Below, one piece after another: positions 51,365 through 64,000 of a stretch of DNA of 64,000 nucleotides. This stretch comes from Octopus vulgaris (lineage: Eukaryota). The position numbers and the translations under genes were made by a program. The DNA lies in assembly GCA_951406725.2 (NCBI GenBank), contig OX597831.1, forward strand, positions 66,898,001 to 66,962,000, read 5' to 3'. The first letter of the stretch is position 1. Each line of letters opens with the position of its first letter. The notes under the pieces were generated by a model, which made no database searches, was not told the origin of the DNA, and was given only the letters and a program-made list of their open reading frames with translations.

Positions 51365-51848
51365 CGTGTATAATATATATATATATGGTATTCTTTCGAT
51401 ATAACTCGACAAAATCAAAACACTTCACTTCGGGTATTTCTGTGGAAGCAAATGACAGTTCGATTCTGCTTGGAAATTTGCGTATTTTACATACACACAT
51501 GAAACAGGTGAGAACAAATATGCAAGGCTTTTTTTCTTCAAGTTTAAAATGAAATCTTTATTATGATCAAAATGATCGTACATAGAAAGGGACATCACAA
51601 GACAAACAAATACAAAAATGTTATATGAGTTCGAATGAGTATTCTGTTAAAAATTTACTTAAAAATATTTTATAGAATGTTTAATTTTTCCTTTAACTAG
51701 AACTTTTTATTTTTTAAAAAGAAAACAAAGAAAACGATTAAAAGTTCAAAAGATCAAACCCGGCAGCCTATAAGGCCCAGCCGCTATCTTTTCCTTTCGT
51801 CGATGATTAAGCTGGGTTACTAACACCCACCTTTCTCATCACATCCTT

Positions 51849-54800
51849 CTATCGTTTCTTGTATTCTCTCGGTGGCAGGGCCTTCCTATCCAACCCCATC
51901 TTGCTTTTCAGATGGTATCTGAAGTAAGACAGCAAACCGGTTCCAGAGATGAAGGACCCTTTCACAGAACCTTCCATTCTAGTTCTCCAAACACACTCTT
52001 TCAGCACTGCAACCGTACAGTAAAAACAAGCCTTACCTTCCTTTGTGAGTCCAGTTGGCGGTATCATCTTTATCATAGATCCAGCCGACAGCTGTACTCG
52101 TCCCAGATGCGACAGCACATGTTCGACGTAACTTATCAAGCTGGATAGCTCCCGACATTGTACAATAGCGTGCTGGACCGTTTCATTGTCCAACATGCAT
52201 CTTGGACACGTCGGTGGCACTGATATTCCATGCCTGGATAACTTATTGCGAACAGGTAAAGTGTTCCTGTAGCACTGCCAGGTCAGGGATTTTTAGAAGT
52301 TATCCAAGTACCCCGGCCTGAAAGTTTTTTTGAACAGGTTGGCAAGTTGGTTCTCATCGAACCCCAGAGCCTCTCCAAGGACATCATCGTTTTTTGCCTC
52401 TACCAGCCCTCTATAGAACACCGAGGTGGTATTCCTGCTGCCGGCCTTGCCTGTCTTGTGGATCGGCCAGAGTGCCTGACGGCACTCCTGCCATAAAATC
52501 AGGTTATGTCTTTTAATGAGACCGGGTTTAAATCTCTCCAAAGAGGCCGGTCGCGGCTAGAACTCCTCCGCCAGCGGACTCCACAGCCTATCACCCTCCA
52601 GGTGGCACCAGAGATGTCTCAGCCTCAACGCGTGTCTGTACATCATCAGCCTGGGCATTCCCAGTCCACCCTTTAACGGTTCCGGAGCGCTCACAAGTGG
52701 CTTTCCTCTCTTCCACAAAAAGCGGAAGAGGAGTCGTTCTAACTTGTTTAGCCACAAATCGGGGCAAGGCACAATGGACAGGCGGTAGGTGATTACAGAT
52801 GCTATAAACACCTGCACCACCTCTGCCCTGCCCTTCAAGGACAGAGGCCTTCCAGACCACTTCCGTACTATGGCCTCCACCTTGTCCACTACCTCGCTCC
52901 AATTCTCTGCCTGGGAGTCCGGGCCAAACCAAACTCCAAGCAACTTAACAGGACCATCTGTCCAGTGTTCAACGACACTTGATGATATTGGCTTGTTCTT
53001 CCAGGTGCCAAGGTGCAAACTGATGGACATGTCCTTGTTAACTTTTGCCCCTGCCACCGCTTTATATTCTCGGAGAACATCTTCTACACGAGGTAGCTGT
53101 GCTTCTTTGGACACGATGAGGGTGATGTCATCCGCATAAGCAGAAACGGACCTACTGCATCCGATTTCATTTGGGTTGCCTCCTAACTTCTCCAACCTCC
53201 GCAGTAATGGCTCAAAAGCCAAAACATACAGAAGCAGAGACAAGGGACACCATTGACGAACAGAATGCTTGATCGAAAACGTCTCTGTTAGGTAGCCGTT
53301 TATCTGGACTGTGGATTTGATGCCGCTGTACATTGCGGAGATCCACCTGCGAAAGCCAGGGCCCAGCCCTGCCGCTTTGATGACCGCCCCCAGGTACTAT
53401 CAAACGCTTTACTTTGGTCTAAATGGACCAATGCCCCTCCTTTGCCAGCTAATTTCCCAACCTATCTAAAGTGTAGCGGAGAAGGGGAAGATTAACCTAG
53501 ATCGACCTGCCTGGGATTGCACATGTCTGTGCCTTCCCGACAAGTTTCTTCACGACAACCGTCAACCTTTTTGCTAACACCTTGGCTAAAATCTTTAACT
53601 CTACATTAGATAGAGTAATGGGCCTATAATTACAGATACTATCCCCCTTGCTCGGGTCTTTCTGAACCAGCGTCATAACTCCCCGGCTTACAGAACTGGG
53701 AATCCTCCCATTCTGTTGCCAGTATTTCCCCGAACAAGTCCGGCATACAACGATAAAACTTGTAGGGCAGTCCATCTAGCCCCGGCGCACTCGGCCAACA
53801 CCTCTCTTACCTCTGCAGGAGTGATCGGTCCTTCACAGCATTCAGCCTCACGTGCCGCAAGTCGAGGCCCACCGGCTAGGAAGTCCTTTAAGGGCTCCCC
53901 CGCTCAAGTGGACCACTCTCCTCAAACAACCAAGCGAAATGCTGGTGAAAGACTCTCTGCATTTCCTCCTGTCCATTGATCTTGCGTCCCTGTTCGTCCG
54001 TTAAAGACTTTATAGAGGACTTTTTACCTCTCTGACTTTCCACACGACGTGCCCATCCGGCAACAGTAATACCTTCTCGCTTCCCTGCACATAGCTTGGC
54101 TCTGACTCTGCAACCTTCATGTTTGGCGTTGAGGTGGCGGTACAAAACTGTTCTCGCTGACAACACTCTACATGCAGAGCCAGATTCCATTGCCTTGTCT
54201 AAGTTCTTAACTAAATCACCTCTATTCTAGTCCTATCTAAACTTAGCTGCTTGCTAAATCTAATGGACTCTAAACGGATGGCTCTTTTGAGGGCGTGCCA
54301 CCATCTATTGTTAATGATGGTGCCACATAATGCCCTCTGAACTAACACCTTTATCCGGGTATGGAAAACTTCACAAGTCAAAATAGACTTGTTCATTTTC
54401 CAATACCCGGGTTCCTGTCTATGACATTTATCTACGTGTACCTCACACGTCACAAGTTTGTGATCCGTGTAAGGTACAATACAAAATTGTGGACAACTAA
54501 CACTATTCTTATCTCTTTCCTTAATAAATACCCTATCTAAGTACGATCTGTGTGAGCTGTCATTGTTACTCCACATCCACTGTGGAACGTTCGGCTCATC
54601 CAGTCGGTAATGGTCTACTAGATTATAGCTCTCTAGTAGACCCTTGAGGCAAGGATTCCCCTTTCCTATCAGTTGAGCCTATACTATCGACCCGCGCATT
54701 GAGGATAGTGTTGAAGTCCCCTACCAAAACTAACATTTTAGACGTCACTAGAAAGTGCTCCAGGTTTCGGTAAAAACCAGACTGCCTACACTCCTTAGGG

Positions 54801-55110
54801 GCATAGACAGCTACCAACCTGAAGGACTGCTTACTCGCATGAGTCACATCTAGTACAACCAGCCTGCCTTCTGGGTCCAGAAAGACAGTACTTATCTGTA
54901 AGTTCAAGTTCTTCCTGATAAGGACTGCCATGCCTGCACCCCTTGGCTAGGAGAAATAAATTTCGCGTAACCACTCAGAAGAGGCGAGAACACTTGAGGT
55001 CCACTCATCTTGGACTCGGTGACAATAGCCACTTCTATTCTATGTGTCATGAGGTCATTTCCATCTCGACCTATTTCCATCTCGACCCCATTCCACACAC
55101 ATTTAAACAA
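51849..55110 (-). pseudogene. Tx1 ORF2 (endonuclease-RT), broken into several frames
   Basis: ORF-track pieces at 54904, 54623, 54211, 53888, 53497, 52557, 52293 and 51849 are colinear with the APE-RT-zf order. Confidence 0.88.
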
Positions 55111-55146
55111 CCTAACTTAATCATCGAATAAAGAAAAATAACCTAC

Positions 55147-56600
55147 TTACGGTTGTGAGAGGGAGCATGGCAGTCTTTGTCTGCCTGCTTCCCCAGCACT
55201 CCCCGTAGCTGCTTGGCTTTTCACCGGCGTTGCCACCGGGCTCTGTGTTGGAGTGGCTGCTGGGTTGATAATCAGCTTCCCAGCTATCACCTCCTGGGTT
55301 ACATCTTTAATAAGGTTGTTTTGCACATGTTCTTGGAAGAGTTTTCCTTTCCACTCCTCTTCTTCGACTTTGGCGTAACGTGTGTCAGACTCTTTGTCAG
55401 TCACTTTAAAAAATGTTATGCGGTTGTTTGCTTTAATTAAGCATAACACCTTTTCATTTTTGTCATTAAACGAGACAATCTTGTCCGTTTTTTAAAAACC
55501 TTTTAGCATTGGGGGGTGGGGTTTATTGAAAAGCTGTCCTACAAATGTGGTGCTAGCTGGGTGGGATTGGGGAATGTTTTGGTGTTGTTCGTGTGTGTTT
55601 GTCTTTTTTCTTTTTGTTTGGGGAGGGGAGTCCGGGGTGCTTTCTTTTTTGCGTTTGTATGTCACTGTTGTGTACTCCATATCAGTTTGGTCATTTTCTT
55701 TTGTTTGTTTTTCTTCTTCTTCCTTTTGTTCTTCATTCTGTTTTTCATTTTGTTTCTTTTCATCCTTCTGTTATTCGTTTTGCTTTTTTTTTTTGTTAGT
55801 GTTTTCTTTTGTTGGTGCTACGTTTTGGGGAGGGACCTCAACTGTTTTTTTTCTTAGTGCAGGTAGAGCGAACATGACCCTTCTGCCCGCACTTGAAACA
55901 CCTGGGCCTACGTCCCTCCATTGACACACGAATTGCATGCCCCTCCCCTACGAAGACTCTATCCAGCAAATTTTCAAGCATTTGGTTGTCAGCTTGAATT
56001 ACCATTTCTAGCATTTGTCCCCTCCAGTTTGTCGGTTCCTTTTTCCTCATGCTCAGGATTGTTATTTTGCCTTCAATGTCATATATAACTGCTGTCGCTG
56101 CCCACATTACTTCATAACCAACAGGTATGTCCTCAGCTGTCACTTTTGCCGTTCGCTGACCCAAATACTTTGGTAGCAACATAATTTCTTTGTTTTTCAA
56201 CGTTTGGGTCGAAATTTCCTTTGCTACGTTAGCCGACTCGAAATGTGCTTCTATTGTAGCACTTCTTACACCTCTGCCAACGTAGCACACCTTGTTCCAT
56301 ATCGGAGCCATGCGCCGCTCAACCACTTCATTCTTCACATTGGCGATTCATTTTCCTTAATATTAAGCACCTTGTAAACGACTGTTTTTTCCCGAATTGC
56401 TTGAACAGTTTCCGGGGGCGGTACTAACTTGGTTTCTTCACCAGTTTTTACGATTAATTTTCTTAACTGGAAGAGCTTGTCCATTGCTACTTCCAGTTCA
56501 ATGACATTTCCACCTATGGCAGCTGAAAAACTTTGTTTTTTCCTGGTTTCCTTTTTTATTTCCGTTGTTATTCCTTCCTTCCATCTCGGGAAAATCAATT
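55147..56600 (-). pseudogene. Tx1 ORF1 (gag-like, zinc knuckle)
   Basis: Pieces 56335-56787, 55838-56338, 55492-55680 and 55147-55449 are joined by frameshifts. Confidence 0.75.
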
Positions 56601-56966
56601 TTTGATGCGAGGTCGTACTCCCTGATGTAGCACAAGAAAACCTTGTCACAAATGACGAGAGACAAATTTCACAAAATTCAGAAATTTTCTGCCCCTTAGG
56701 GCGAAAATTACTGTTTGTCCCAAGACAACAGTTCAAGTCAACAAAAAACACAGACAGAAATGAACTCACGTAACAAATGGGGAGCAAGTGAGAATATAGA
56801 CGTGCAACTGAGGAAAAAGAAGAATATGAATTGGAGGTTCAAGTTTAAAATGAGACATTGCTGGCATAATTTCGTTATATCTATTCTCCACAACCCACAG
56901 AAATAGCTGAAGTGAAATGCCTCGACCTTGTCGAGCTATATCGAAGGAATGCCATATATATATATA

Positions 56967-57177
56967 TACTCTTTTACTTTTTTACTTGCTTCAGTCATTT
57001 GACTGCGGCCATGCTGGAGCACCGCCTTTAGTCGAGCAAATCGACCCCAGGACTTATTCTTTGTAAGCCCAGTACTTATCCTATCGGTCTCTTTTGCCGA
57101 ACCGCTAAGTGACGGGGACGTAAACACACCAGCATCGGTTGTCAAGCAATGCTAGGGGGACAAACACAGGCACACAA

Positions 57178-57214
<37 letters not shown>

Positions 57215-57305
57215 CGACAGGCTTCTTTCAGTTTCCGTCTACCAAATCCACTCACAAGGCATTGGTCGGCCCGGGGCTATAGTAGAAGACACTTGCCCAA
57301 GATGC
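56967..57305 (-). mobile_element. CORE-type SINE (OR2-like), head truncated
   Basis: Matches 10126-10516. Confidence 0.75.
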
Positions 57306-57725
57306 TACGAGTAGGTTTGAAAATGCAATTTTAAAAGATGTTTATTTACTTTACCGGTAAAGTAAATAAACATTGCATTTTCAAACCTTCTTTCATATAT
57401 AATTCCACTTGTGCGGTACCTTACAACTCCACTTTGTTATATATATATATATGTATACACACACACACATACAGTCATAACTACCGTTTGGGATATAACC
57501 TTGGAGCCCAATTAATCTGTTACAGCACTTACCTAGCATACCTAATCATTTAGATCAGTCAAATAAACCCCTATACTTTGTACACATGTATGTATATATC
57601 TATCTATACATGCACATGCACACATGCATATCTGAGCCGAACAGGTCTTGGGGTATGATGATACGCCTAAATTTAAAACCTTTATGGGTGGCAAACTGAG
57701 GGTAACCCCATAAACCGGCCTTCAG

Positions 57726-57770
<45 letters not shown>

Positions 57771-58014
57771 CATATCAAAGGGAAATGGAAATTAATTAAA
57801 ATTTACATTTCCAGTGGTCTAACGTGTAAAAAAATTTAGTCAAAAAGACTATATATTAGTCATACAATATAGTGTATATTTAAACATATAAGGAATCCAC
57901 TTATAGGGAATTCAACACGCTAGAAAGAACAGCTAGGTTCTATAACCACAAAAATTAAGGATAAAATTTGACAGGAATAAATTTAGAAATGAAAAACATC
58001 TACCATTTAGTTTC

Positions 58015-58086
58015 CTGGGCCAATTGGTTTCTGATCTTATTTTAGCGAGTCAAGAAGAACTCACTAGGTTTGATCTTCCTCAGCAG
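58015..58086 (-). ncRNA. Degenerate type I hammerhead with extended stem II
   Basis: CTG-CTGAGGA-AGATC-[TAGTGAGT/ACTCGCTA hairpin]-GATCA-GAAA-CCAATTGG-CC-CAG; palindromic stem III, U16.1 apparently mutated to C. Confidence 0.5.
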
Positions 58087-58169
58087 TTCGAACCTAGGGT
58101 TAAACGTATACACACAGGACAATCAAAACTACATGTCTCGTGTTTACACGTCCTAACTTCCAACCCTAG

Positions 58170-60120
58170 GTAGGATGTCAATAGACAGCTTACCGAACTA
58201 CATCCAGGCAAATCAACCTCATATCGCCAATACGAAAATAACAACTTTGCAGGCATATGAGGAGAGAGAAAAGGTCCTCAATGCTTACATGATGATGTGG
58301 ACAATTGTTCTGGAACCCCAGAAACGCACAGCTAACAATTGCCAGACTTATCTGTGGGAAGGTGTACCACCTCTCCGTTCCTCGTGTGCTGAATGAACTT
58401 ATGTAGGCCACATGCGGGTTTAATCTCGAGTTGTTGGGCCTCTGTCTTATTCTGTCTCTGTCTCTAAGTGTATAGTTCTAAAATCTGTCTAAGTCTGGTC
58501 CTAGCTATAGTGAACTGTGCTTCCATATGGTCATTAGTTTGTGGTAAAGGCACCCCCCACAAGAGAGTACTCTTGAAATAGAAATAGAAACTAATACTAT
58601 GGAGAGCATTCAGCAAATAGCTAACTCCATCCACCAGAGTATTAAGGTCACAATAGACTACCCTACTAAACACCCTAACCATAGACTACAAGTACTAGAC
58701 ACAGAACTCTGGCTAGAAACTGAGAATAATAAAACCCAAATCCTTCATTCGTACTATGCCAAACCTATGTATGGCCCCCAAATACTTGATCCACCGGAAC
58801 TTAGCTATCGTGGACAATGCCAAATTCAATATTTTGATGGCAGACCTTGTCAGAATAATGTGAAATGTGTCCCGCATGTGCAAGCCTACAGAGTTAAAGA
58901 GACACATACAACATTTCGTTCACCACATGCAGTTCTCAGGTTACAGCCATAAAGAAAGGATCAGAGTATACAAAGGAGCCATGAAGAAATTTGATACTAT
59001 CTTATGTAATGATAGGAATGGGATTTGCCCACTCTATAGGAGCAAGTCATGGAACACTATTGAAAGGACAAAGAAGAAAATAGGGAAAGCCAACTCTTGG
59101 TATGATAGCCACAAATACCAGAGTGTCATGTTCATCGACACCACCCCTAGAGGTGAACTGGCATACCACTTTAGAAGGACCCTAGACAAACTTCAGTTAA
59201 GGATTAAGGTTGTTGAAACGCCAGGCAACCCTATCAAATCCATAATCAGTAGAACCTACCCTTTTAGTAGAATCCCCTGTACAGATAGGTACTGTACTGT
59301 GTGTAGATTTAGCCCACAAACAAACTGTAAAGCCAGAAATGTAGTCTATAGTATAAGATGTATAGAGGGACGATGCAGTAACAAGACAATGACATACGCA
59401 GGGGAAACGGCATGAAGCATAGGAGAGTGGGTAAATGAACATTGGAGAGAACTTAAGGAAGGAAAGAGCTCATCGGTTCTGTACCAACATGGCGAACAGG
59501 AACACGGGGGATCAATCAACAACATAGAAGTTAAAATCTTGTCCACACATAGAACAGACGCAACAATCAGACAAATTACGGAAGCTACACACATAATAGA
59601 AGATAAACCTAGCCTGAATAGGAAACTGGAATGGAACACTAGCACACACCACAACATATGACGGTAGAGGATCCCCATAAACTGGTTACAATATAAACAA
59701 ATGGAAGTAAATAACTATATACAATTTAAAAAAATTTTATTTTATTTTTTAAAAATTATTATTATTAATATTATTATTGTTATACATACATAATAATAAT
59801 GATAATGATAATAATAAGTGGGTGTAAACACATGAACAAAATAAGAATAAACAAAAACAAAAACAATTTACATGAACATATATAAACAGGAGATACAAAT
59901 GTTACAGGCACTCCCCCCCCACACACACTAACTAAACATAGACGCACATAGAGATATATGCATGCGCAAATGAAGACACATACAACAGAAATAGAAAATG
60001 GCTGACGGTTAGTAAGGAGAGACACACAAATAAGAAAGAAGAAAGCAAAGGACCACTGATGCGGTCACAGGAGTGTGACGAAAGAACTCTAGCCGAAATA
60101 AGATTAAGATTAATGTAAAA
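58170..60120 (+). mobile_element. Penelope-like element (RT thumb + GIY-YIG) with inverted 5' segment
   Basis: Plus strand: LQVLDTELW, MQFSGYS, NVVYSIRC...YAGETA, EH, EATHI...PSLNRK.EW. Minus strand 58170-58560: EVVHLPTDKSG N-terminal motif. Confidence 0.82.
60050..60095 (+). ncRNA. Degenerate hammerhead motif in the PLE 3' region
   Basis: CTGATGC(for GA)-G-GTCAC-AGGAGT-GTGAC-GAAA-GAACTC, downstream of the PLE stop codon. Confidence 0.45.
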
Positions 60121-60659
60121 AATAAATAACGCTGACGCAAAGAAACACCAAATATATAGTGCGTGTGTTTTTATTGGCTAAACTGGCAAAATGACCATTC
60201 CTAAATACAACAATATATATATATATATAATACAAAATGGGACAAGAATGCAAAACATCCGGACAGCTAAGTGATACAAAAAGGGACAACGAAACATCCA
60301 GATAGATGATACAAAGAAATCAAGGAGGGGTCATTTGAGGTTTTCTTTCCTCAGTCAAGCACCAGCTTATCCTCACAATTTCAGCTGATTATTCTTGAGA
60401 TTTCTCCAATCTGGCCAGCTCCAAGGAAAATCTAAGCTAAGAGTATGAGATTCCTTAGAAGAAAGCAGCAAATGTATACAAAAACTAGGACGGAAAAAAC
60501 GGACAATGTTACACAAATATAAAACAATAGAAAATACAATAAAAATAATAACAGGACATAACAACAGGTATCTTTCGACAAAGGATGAATTGAATTCAGC
60601 TGGCGTGTGTGGAAATGAAGCCTTACATACATAGATATATGTCGTAGATATATATACAT

Positions 60660-62200
60660 ATATCTACTACATATGTGGAAAATTGATGAGTTTGTGGCAT
60701 TGTTAGCTAACTTATCCTACATTGTTTTATCGATTCTGATGAAACTTGTCACGTGAGTAGAACTCATGTCTGGAAACCTCATGACATACTTAGATTATGG
60801 AAAAAAATCGATAATATTGCCCCTGGAAGGGATCTTTATATCTACCTCATATAACTTGTTTTTTGAACACCCAAGGGAAATAACGCATAGCACCTGCACA
60901 ATATATTTTTTAAACACTCAAGGGAAATAACCCATAGCACCTACACTTACAGTTGTTAGCTTTTAGCGAAGCAATCAATATTTGATTCCCACGATCAGCA
61001 GACCTAATTCTGCATTTCACTACTCATAGTTTTCAACTGCTAAACCTTAGTATTGCACTTTCTTGATGCATTTACCCTTTCAATGCTTATATCTCTGATA
61101 ATTCTGCATTTTTCCAGTTAAAATTTTTCTATGACAGTACATAAATTTTGATTCCAGAATGTATTTAATAAGTTGGGACACCCTGAATCACTTATACTTA
61201 TTTTTCAAATCAATATTTATTGCTTATCTACAGTTCATATAACATTTTCATGAAACTAATTGAGCCATCGAACTTAGAAATATTTTACAGGTTGCATTGT
61301 TTATGATCGATTACTTTGAATATTGATTTTTTGTGTGTCCAATTTCTAATTTTTGCAGACAATACCACTTTTATACTTTATTTGATACATGAGCAGAACT
61401 CATGTCTGGAAACCTTGTGACATACTTAGATTGTTGAAAAAAATCGATAATAGGGCGCCTCCACTGGATCCTTCTATGTAATACATATTACTAATATTTC
61501 ATTTAAGGGAAATAACCCATACCACCTGCCCTTTTTAGCAAAGCAATCAATATTTGATTCTCACAATCAGCCAACCTAATTCTGCATTTCACTACTCACA
61601 GCTCTGAACTGCTAAACATTATTATTGCACCTCCTTGATTTGAAACTTAAACCTTAAAGACTTCATTCATACATTTCTATACATACATACTCTTTTGAAT
61701 GCCCATTACTCCAATTCTGCATTTTTACAGTTAAACTTTTTTCCATGACAGTAGATAAATTTTTTATTCCACAATGTGTAGTGGCTTCATGCAGGCATAG
61801 CGTGGATTGCCAAATTTTACTTAACACTTCAACAGCACTTTCTCACAGGAAAACAATAGTTTTTCTGTGTATAACAGCAGTTATAAATTTCCCAGATGCC
61901 TTCACTAAGCAGAATAATGTCTTTGCCACTAGACCCTTCTAACGTCTTCTAGGCCACCGGGGGCTGGAATGGAGATAACAGACCTCCAATGAAATCATTT
62001 GTTCTCAACAATATGTCTATCCTTCTGGCTGCTTATTGATAGTTATAAAAAACAAGAACTCCGTAAGCTAAAGGCAGTTACTGAGAACGACCATCAGAGA
62101 GTGTGAACATTATTATTGCACTTGCTTCATTTCATTCTTAAACATTAAACACTTCATTCATATATCTATTTACATATACACTATATTTATATATTACCTT
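60660..62200. repeat. Unclassified element with an internal ~630-bp tandem duplication (Helitron-like?)
   Basis: AGAACTCATGTCTGGAAACC...CCTAATTCTGCATTTCACTACTCA occurs at about 60760-61180 and 61395-61780. Confidence 0.5.
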
Positions 62201-62486
62201 TAATAAATTAGCTTTCATAAAGTTCACTTTTAAAATGCCATGATGAATCAGAGTACTTTCTCATCAACCTTTGAAAACCTCTCTCACCAACCTCTAACAA
62301 TCTCTCCTTCCTCCAGCTGACAGTTTTTTGTACTTTTTCGTGAAGGAAGATACACTTTTTGCGGCAGTTATAATGAAATTGCTTTCTTACACCAGAGTAA
62401 TAAAGTGTTTCAATAGAACATCTTTACACCCAGAACTACAGGGTACAGCAGCTAGTATACAATATATGTATATATGTACACAATAT

Positions 62487-62526
<40 letters not shown>

Positions 62527-62804
62527 TACACACATACAGACAATATATATATACAATATGTATATATATAATATATATATATACACAAAATGTATATGTA
62601 TGTATATATATATATATATATATATACACAAAATGTATGTATATAGATATAGTACATATATACACATACAATATATATATATATATATATGTATACATAT
62701 TTTCTTGCGACGGAAAATACACCTCTTGTAACAGTTATAATGAAATCGCTTTCTTATAATGGAATAATAAGGCGTTTCAATAGAAAATCTTTGCCCCTGG
62801 GAAT

Positions 62805-64000
<1,196 letters not shown>

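Larger units (their letters stand above)
51700..56775 (-). mobile_element. Near-full-length, frameshifted L1-Tx1 clade LINE, antisense in CNNM intron 1
   Basis: ORF1 has a CCHC knuckle (CFKCGQKGHVRSTC). ORF2 has APE (GDFN, YLDRVF, TDHK, GYWKMN), RT (NYRPITL, AYADDIT) and a C-terminal CPRC..ETVQH. Confidence 0.92.

Overview
Eukaryotic, AT-rich, repeat-dominated DNA, most consistent with an octopus (coleoid cephalopod) genome judging by the SINE/RTE repeat families and the (TA)n/(ATC)n/(AAT)n microsatellites. Only two host coding exons are recognisable, oriented divergently about 29 kb apart: exon 1 of CHMP3/VPS24 (minus, 19513-19557) and the large first coding exon of a CNNM Mg2+-transporter gene (plus, 48786-50124). 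Both have CpG-rich promoters with NRF1/ETS-like motifs. Nearly everything else is decayed mobile DNA: RTE, CR1, R4/Dong and L1-Tx1 LINEs (one near-full-length Tx1 antisense in the CNNM intron), Penelope-like elements, tRNA-derived SINEs, Helitrons, Tc1/mariner, Tigger, Chapaev3, a solo LTR, a Gypsy integrase fragment and a Merlin-like MITE family with 8-bp TSDs and TTAGGG motifs. The most notable unannotated signals are five hammerhead-ribozyme motifs (one with an intact core) in Penelope-type or short non-coding elements, a candidate divergent first exon sharing the CNNM promoter, an unidentified duplicated coding segment, and a 125-bp target duplication around an RTE fragment. Most listed ORFs are spurious products of microsatellites or repeats. 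Repeat boundaries are approximate unless TSDs or TIRs are quoted.
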